The position numbers and the translations under genes are program-made. From NCBI GenBank assembly GCA_040751955.1, contig JBFMFY010000013.1:548-64547 (forward strand): a DNA stretch of 64,000 nt, read 5' to 3'. Under the pieces are notes generated by a model. That model ran no database searches, was not told the DNA's origin, and was given only the letters and a program-made list of their open reading frames with translations. Below are positions 61,052 to 64,000 of this stretch, piece after piece. Position 1 is the first letter of the stretch. Each line of letters opens with the position of its first letter. Source of the stretch: Bacteroidota bacterium (GTDB lineage: Bacteria > Bacteroidota > Ignavibacteria > UBA10030 > UBA8401).

Positions 61052-62293
61052 TTACATCAACACGCCGACGGCAACAGTGTCATTCGTTGATTCATCTATC
61101 AAAATGAATGCGCCGGTGAATGTATTTAATTCATACGGGTCGTAGAACATTTCGTTTGCCGTCGTCATTATCACATCACCAATATCATTCAATGAAAGCA
61201 ATTCGGAATCCTGTTTTTCTTCCAATGATTCCGGGTGAATAACAGTTTTTACCTGGTCTATCTTGGCAAGAATTCTTCTCACACCGTGTTGCAGCAGATA
61301 GCGTGAATGCAATTTTGCCGGACGTTCATTCAACCAACAGAGCCGCGCTTCAATCGTTCTGGAAATTACAGGAAGATTATTTTCTTTCACAATCATATCA
61401 CCGCGGCTTAAATCCAAATCTTTTTCTAATCGAATAGAAACTGATTCGCCTGCCTGTGCGGATTCTACTTCCTTTCCCGCAAAATCAATCCCGCTAATTT
61501 TTGTTGTAAATTGTGAAGGGAGCAGTCTTACAGAATCGCCGGCAGTAATTTTTCCACTCGCTATTTTCCCGGCATAGCCGCGGTATTCAGGATGCTTTGA
61601 ACGAAGCACATACTGCACCTGAAAGCGGAACGAATGTGTATCACGACCGCTTTCGACATCCAATGTTTCGAGCAATTCAAGAAGCGGTTTGCCAGAATAC
61701 CACGGCGTGTTTTTTGAAAGAGAAGTGATATTGTCACCCGCACGTGCACTGAGTGGAACGAAAATTATTTTCTCCGAAGGAAATCCAAGACGCTGTGCGA
61801 AGGACAAAAGCGAATTTTTAATTTCATTGAATTGTGTTTCACGATACTCGACAAGATCCATTTTGTTCACACAGACGAAGACCGTTGAAAGCCGGAGAAT
61901 GTGTGAGATAAAAAAATGGCGGTACGTTTGCAGTAAACTTCCGTTACGCGCATCAATAAGAATCAACGCTACGTTCGACGTTGAAGCACCTGTAACCATA
62001 TTGCGGGTATATTGTTCATGTCCAGGAGTGTCTGCAACAACGAATTTTCGTTTTGGTGTTTGAAAATATACATGTGCAACATCAATGGTAATTCCCTGTT
62101 CTCGTTCCGCAAGCAATCCATCTGTCAATAAAGAAAAATCGGGAGAATCAAAACCGCGCCGCTTGCTGGCGCGAATTAAATCTTCCACTTTATCTGCAGG
62201 AAGAGATTTCGTTTCATACAATAAACGCCCAATCAGTGTACTTTTGCCGTCGTCAACATTTCCTGTTGTTGCAATGCGAAGAACTTGTTTCAT
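61052..62293 (-). CDS. cysN: Sulfate adenylyltransferase subunit 1 (GTPase).
   Basis: GNVDDGKSTLIGRLL, DTPGHEQY, NKMD. Confidence 0.9.
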   Translation of the reverse strand: MKQVLRIATTGNVDDGKSTLIGRLLYETKSLPADKVEDLIRASKRRGFDSPDFSLLTDGLLAEREQGITIDVAHVYFQTPKRKFVVADTPGHEQYTRNMVTGASTSNVALILIDARNGSLLQTYRHFFISHILRLSTVFVCVNKMDLVEYRETQFNEIKNSLLSFAQRLGFPSEKIIFVPLSARAGDNITSLSKNTPWYSGKPLLELLETLDVESGRDTHSFRFQVQYVLRSKHPEYRGYAGKIASGKITAGDSVRLLPSQFTTKISGIDFAGKEVESAQAGESVSIRLEKDLDLSRGDMIVKENNLPVISRTIEARLCWLNERPAKLHSRYLLQHGVRRILAKIDQVKTVIHPESLEEKQDSELLSLNDIGDVIMTTANEMFYDPYELNTFTGAFILIDESTNDTVAVGVLM

Positions 62294-62366
62294 AATTATT
62301 TTTTGTAAAAAAGATTGAAAGACCGTTCCTTATTTATGCACTGACTTTCGTCCGTGACTACAATAG

Positions 62367-63257
62367 TTAAAAATACCCCTGAACTTTTCTCAACTCCATA
62401 GCTGCTTCGGACCATTTATCGTCAATGCGGGCACCACGTTCGGATGTTTGTGCGTGTTCGGTTTCGAAAATAATTTCATCTACTGTTGATGCGCTTGATT
62501 CGATTGCGGCGGTGCAGCTCATGTCTCCCACTGTTCTGAATCTCACTTGTCGGATATCCGCTTTCTCATTATCAGCAAGCGGAACAAACTCGGAAACCGG
62601 CCAGATAAGACGATCGCGCACGAATGTTGAACGAATGTGTGAAAAATAAATGCTGGGTATGTCAAGATGCTCCTGTTTGATATAATTCCATACATCAAGT
62701 TCTGTCCAGTTGCTGATCGGAAACACGCGCACATTTTCCCCCTTGCTGATTTTACCGTTCAGCATATCGAATAATTCAGGACGCTGACGTTTTACATCCC
62801 ATTGCCCAAAATCGTTGCGAACAGAGAAGAAGCGTTCCTTTGCGCGTGCTTTTTCTTCATCACGCCGCGCGCCTCCGATACATGCGTCAAATCCATATTG
62901 TTCTATTGTTTTCAAAAGAACATGGGTCTGCAATGTGTTGCGGCTGGCATATTTCCCGATTTGTTCTTGAATCTCACCGTTATCAATTGCTTCCTGCACG
63001 GAGCCGATTAACAATTGGACTCCACGGTCTTTTACAAAAGCGTCACGGAATTCCAGCACTTCGGGGAAATTATGCCCTGTATCAATATGCACGAGCGGAA
63101 ACGGAATTGGCGCAGGAAAAAATGCTTTGCGTGCCAAATGCGAAATGGTGATCGAATCTTTTCCGCACGAAAAGAGAATTGCAGCATTTTCAAACTGCGC
63201 CGCTACTTCGCGGATGATGTAGATGGCTTCGTATTCTAATTCTTTGAGATAGTCCAT
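62367..63257 (-). CDS. cysD: Sulfate adenylyltransferase subunit 2.
   Basis: FSCGKDSITISHL PP-loop, IDTGHNFPE. Confidence 0.9.
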   Translation of the reverse strand: MDYLKELEYEAIYIIREVAAQFENAAILFSCGKDSITISHLARKAFFPAPIPFPLVHIDTGHNFPEVLEFRDAFVKDRGVQLLIGSVQEAIDNGEIQEQIGKYASRNTLQTHVLLKTIEQYGFDACIGGARRDEEKARAKERFFSVRNDFGQWDVKRQRPELFDMLNGKISKGENVRVFPISNWTELDVWNYIKQEHLDIPSIYFSHIRSTFVRDRLIWPVSEFVPLADNEKADIRQVRFRTVGDMSCTAAIESSASTVDEIIFETEHAQTSERGARIDDKWSEAAMELRKVQGYF

Positions 63258-63293
63258 TTTTGTTTTTTTGACCTCATAATTGCGATTTCATTT

Positions 63294-63653
63294 TTAATAC
63301 TGCGGAACATTCGGATCGATTTCGCGCGACCATGCGAGAATGCCGCCATCCAAATTATAGAGATTGGTTAATCCGAATTGCTGCTGCAATTCAACAATAA
63401 TATCGGCGCTGCGTCGTCCGCTGCGGCACATGATAATTGCGGGGACGTTTTTTCGGATTTTTTCGACGTTGTCAACAACCTCACTCATTGGAATCAATTC
63501 ACCGCCGATATTGCAGAATTCATACTCATCCGGTTCTCGGCAATCTATTAATTGAAAGGTCTGATTTTTATCCATCATTCTTTTCAATTCGTACACATCA
63601 ATTGCTTTTACATGTGCCGATTCTATCTTTTTTGTACTAAGTATTGTTTCCAT
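63294..63653 (-). CDS. Single-domain rhodanese-like sulfurtransferase.
   Basis: Active-site loop CRSGRRS. Confidence 0.8.
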   Translation of the reverse strand: METILSTKKIESAHVKAIDVYELKRMMDKNQTFQLIDCREPDEYEFCNIGGELIPMSEVVDNVEKIRKNVPAIIMCRSGRRSADIIVELQQQFGLTNLYNLDGGILAWSREIDPNVPQY

Positions 63654-63668
63654 AATTTTAATTGAGGG

Positions 63669-64000
63669 TTATGATTGATGTAATCCACATTCTTTCTTTG
63701 ATGATTCCCACCACCATCTTCCTGCACGAAAATCTTCTCCTTCCTGAATTGCCCTTGTGCACGGCGCGCAGCCGATGCTCACAAATCCCCTGTCATGAAG
63801 AAGATTGTATGGAACAAAATTCTCGTGAATGAAATCCATTACCTGCTTCAAAGTCCAGTGAAGGAGCGGATTCACTTTCACAACCTTGAACCGGTTGTCG
63901 CATTCGAAAAAATTCAAATGCGAACGGTTGTCGGACTGGTCGGAACGAAGTCCGGTAATCCAGATTCCGTATCCTTTGAGCCCACGCTCGAGCGGCTTTA
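63669..64000 (-). CDS. cysH: Phosphoadenosine-phosphosulfate/adenylyl-sulfate reductase, Fe-S type. This is the C-terminal part; the N-terminus lies beyond the window end.
   Basis: SIGCAPCTRA and KECGLH motifs. The reading frame continues open to position 64000. Confidence 0.75.
   Translation of the reverse strand, partial: KPLERGLKGYGIWITGLRSDQSDNRSHLNFFECDNRFKVVKVNPLLHWTLKQVMDFIHENFVPYNLLHDRGFVSIGCAPCTRAIQEGEDFRAGRWWWESSKKECGLHQS

Noticed and set aside
1-64000. Prophage, IS element, CRISPR array, or tRNA and rRNA genes
   Set aside because: There is no integrase, transposase or recombinase motif, and there are no regularly spaced direct repeats. No cloverleaf-like GC-rich 75-90 nt segments were seen. 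The small repeat cluster at 13.3 kb and the inverted-repeat element at 29.7 kb are reported separately.

Overview
This 64 kb window is dense, mostly minus-strand chromosomal sequence from a bacterium of the Fibrobacteres-Chlorobi-Bacteroidetes (FCB) group. The FCB assignment rests on a T9SS C-terminal sorting domain, a gldA/F/G-like ABC operon, many lipoproteins, and mixed Shine-Dalgarno usage. There are no rRNA or tRNA genes, CRISPR arrays, transposases or integrases. From 5' to 3':
(1) A partial large secreted BNR/Ycf48-like, TIG and Fn3 protein.
(2) A four-gene operon for a periplasmic caspase-like (peptidase C14) protein, with a DUF4384-like lipoprotein, a small membrane protein and a TIG-domain outer-membrane beta-barrel.
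(3) A hybrid histidine kinase.
(4) Secreted hydrolases: an M1 aminopeptidase, a GH76-like protein, an endonuclease I with a T9SS CTD, a GHL10 protein and an S9 peptidase.
(5) A gldAFG-like ABC operon followed by DUF4340.
(6) pntA1-pntA2-pntB transhydrogenase genes.
(7) An ECF sigma, zf-HC2 anti-sigma and TlpA thioredoxin module.
(8) A ~15 kb surface-glycan biosynthesis locus at 29.8-45.3 kb. It starts with a kdsC-like gene and holds glycosyltransferases, a DegT aminotransferase, an FdtA-like isomerase, an AsnB-like amidotransferase, five SAM-methyltransferase-fold genes, a Wzx flippase and a YfhO-like protein.
(9) The most unusual feature: an isolated terminator-bounded operon of two BMC-H shell genes plus a YbbR-domain membrane protein. 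The second BMC-H carries a C-terminal HeH/Rho-N-like extension. No BMC-P vertex gene or cargo enzyme is present in the window.
(10) A beta-helix outer-membrane protein, pdxJ, a bifunctional nuclease, etfBA, hisDC and gpx.
(11) A sulfate-assimilation operon: cysH (partial), rhodanese, cysD, cysN, sir and cysG.
Smaller observations: a palindromic G/C-run repeat cluster inserted in-frame in the endonuclease CTD, with a related 14-mer in an intergenic region; an inverted-repeat-flanked structured element upstream of kdsC; and a 575 bp AT-rich non-coding region.
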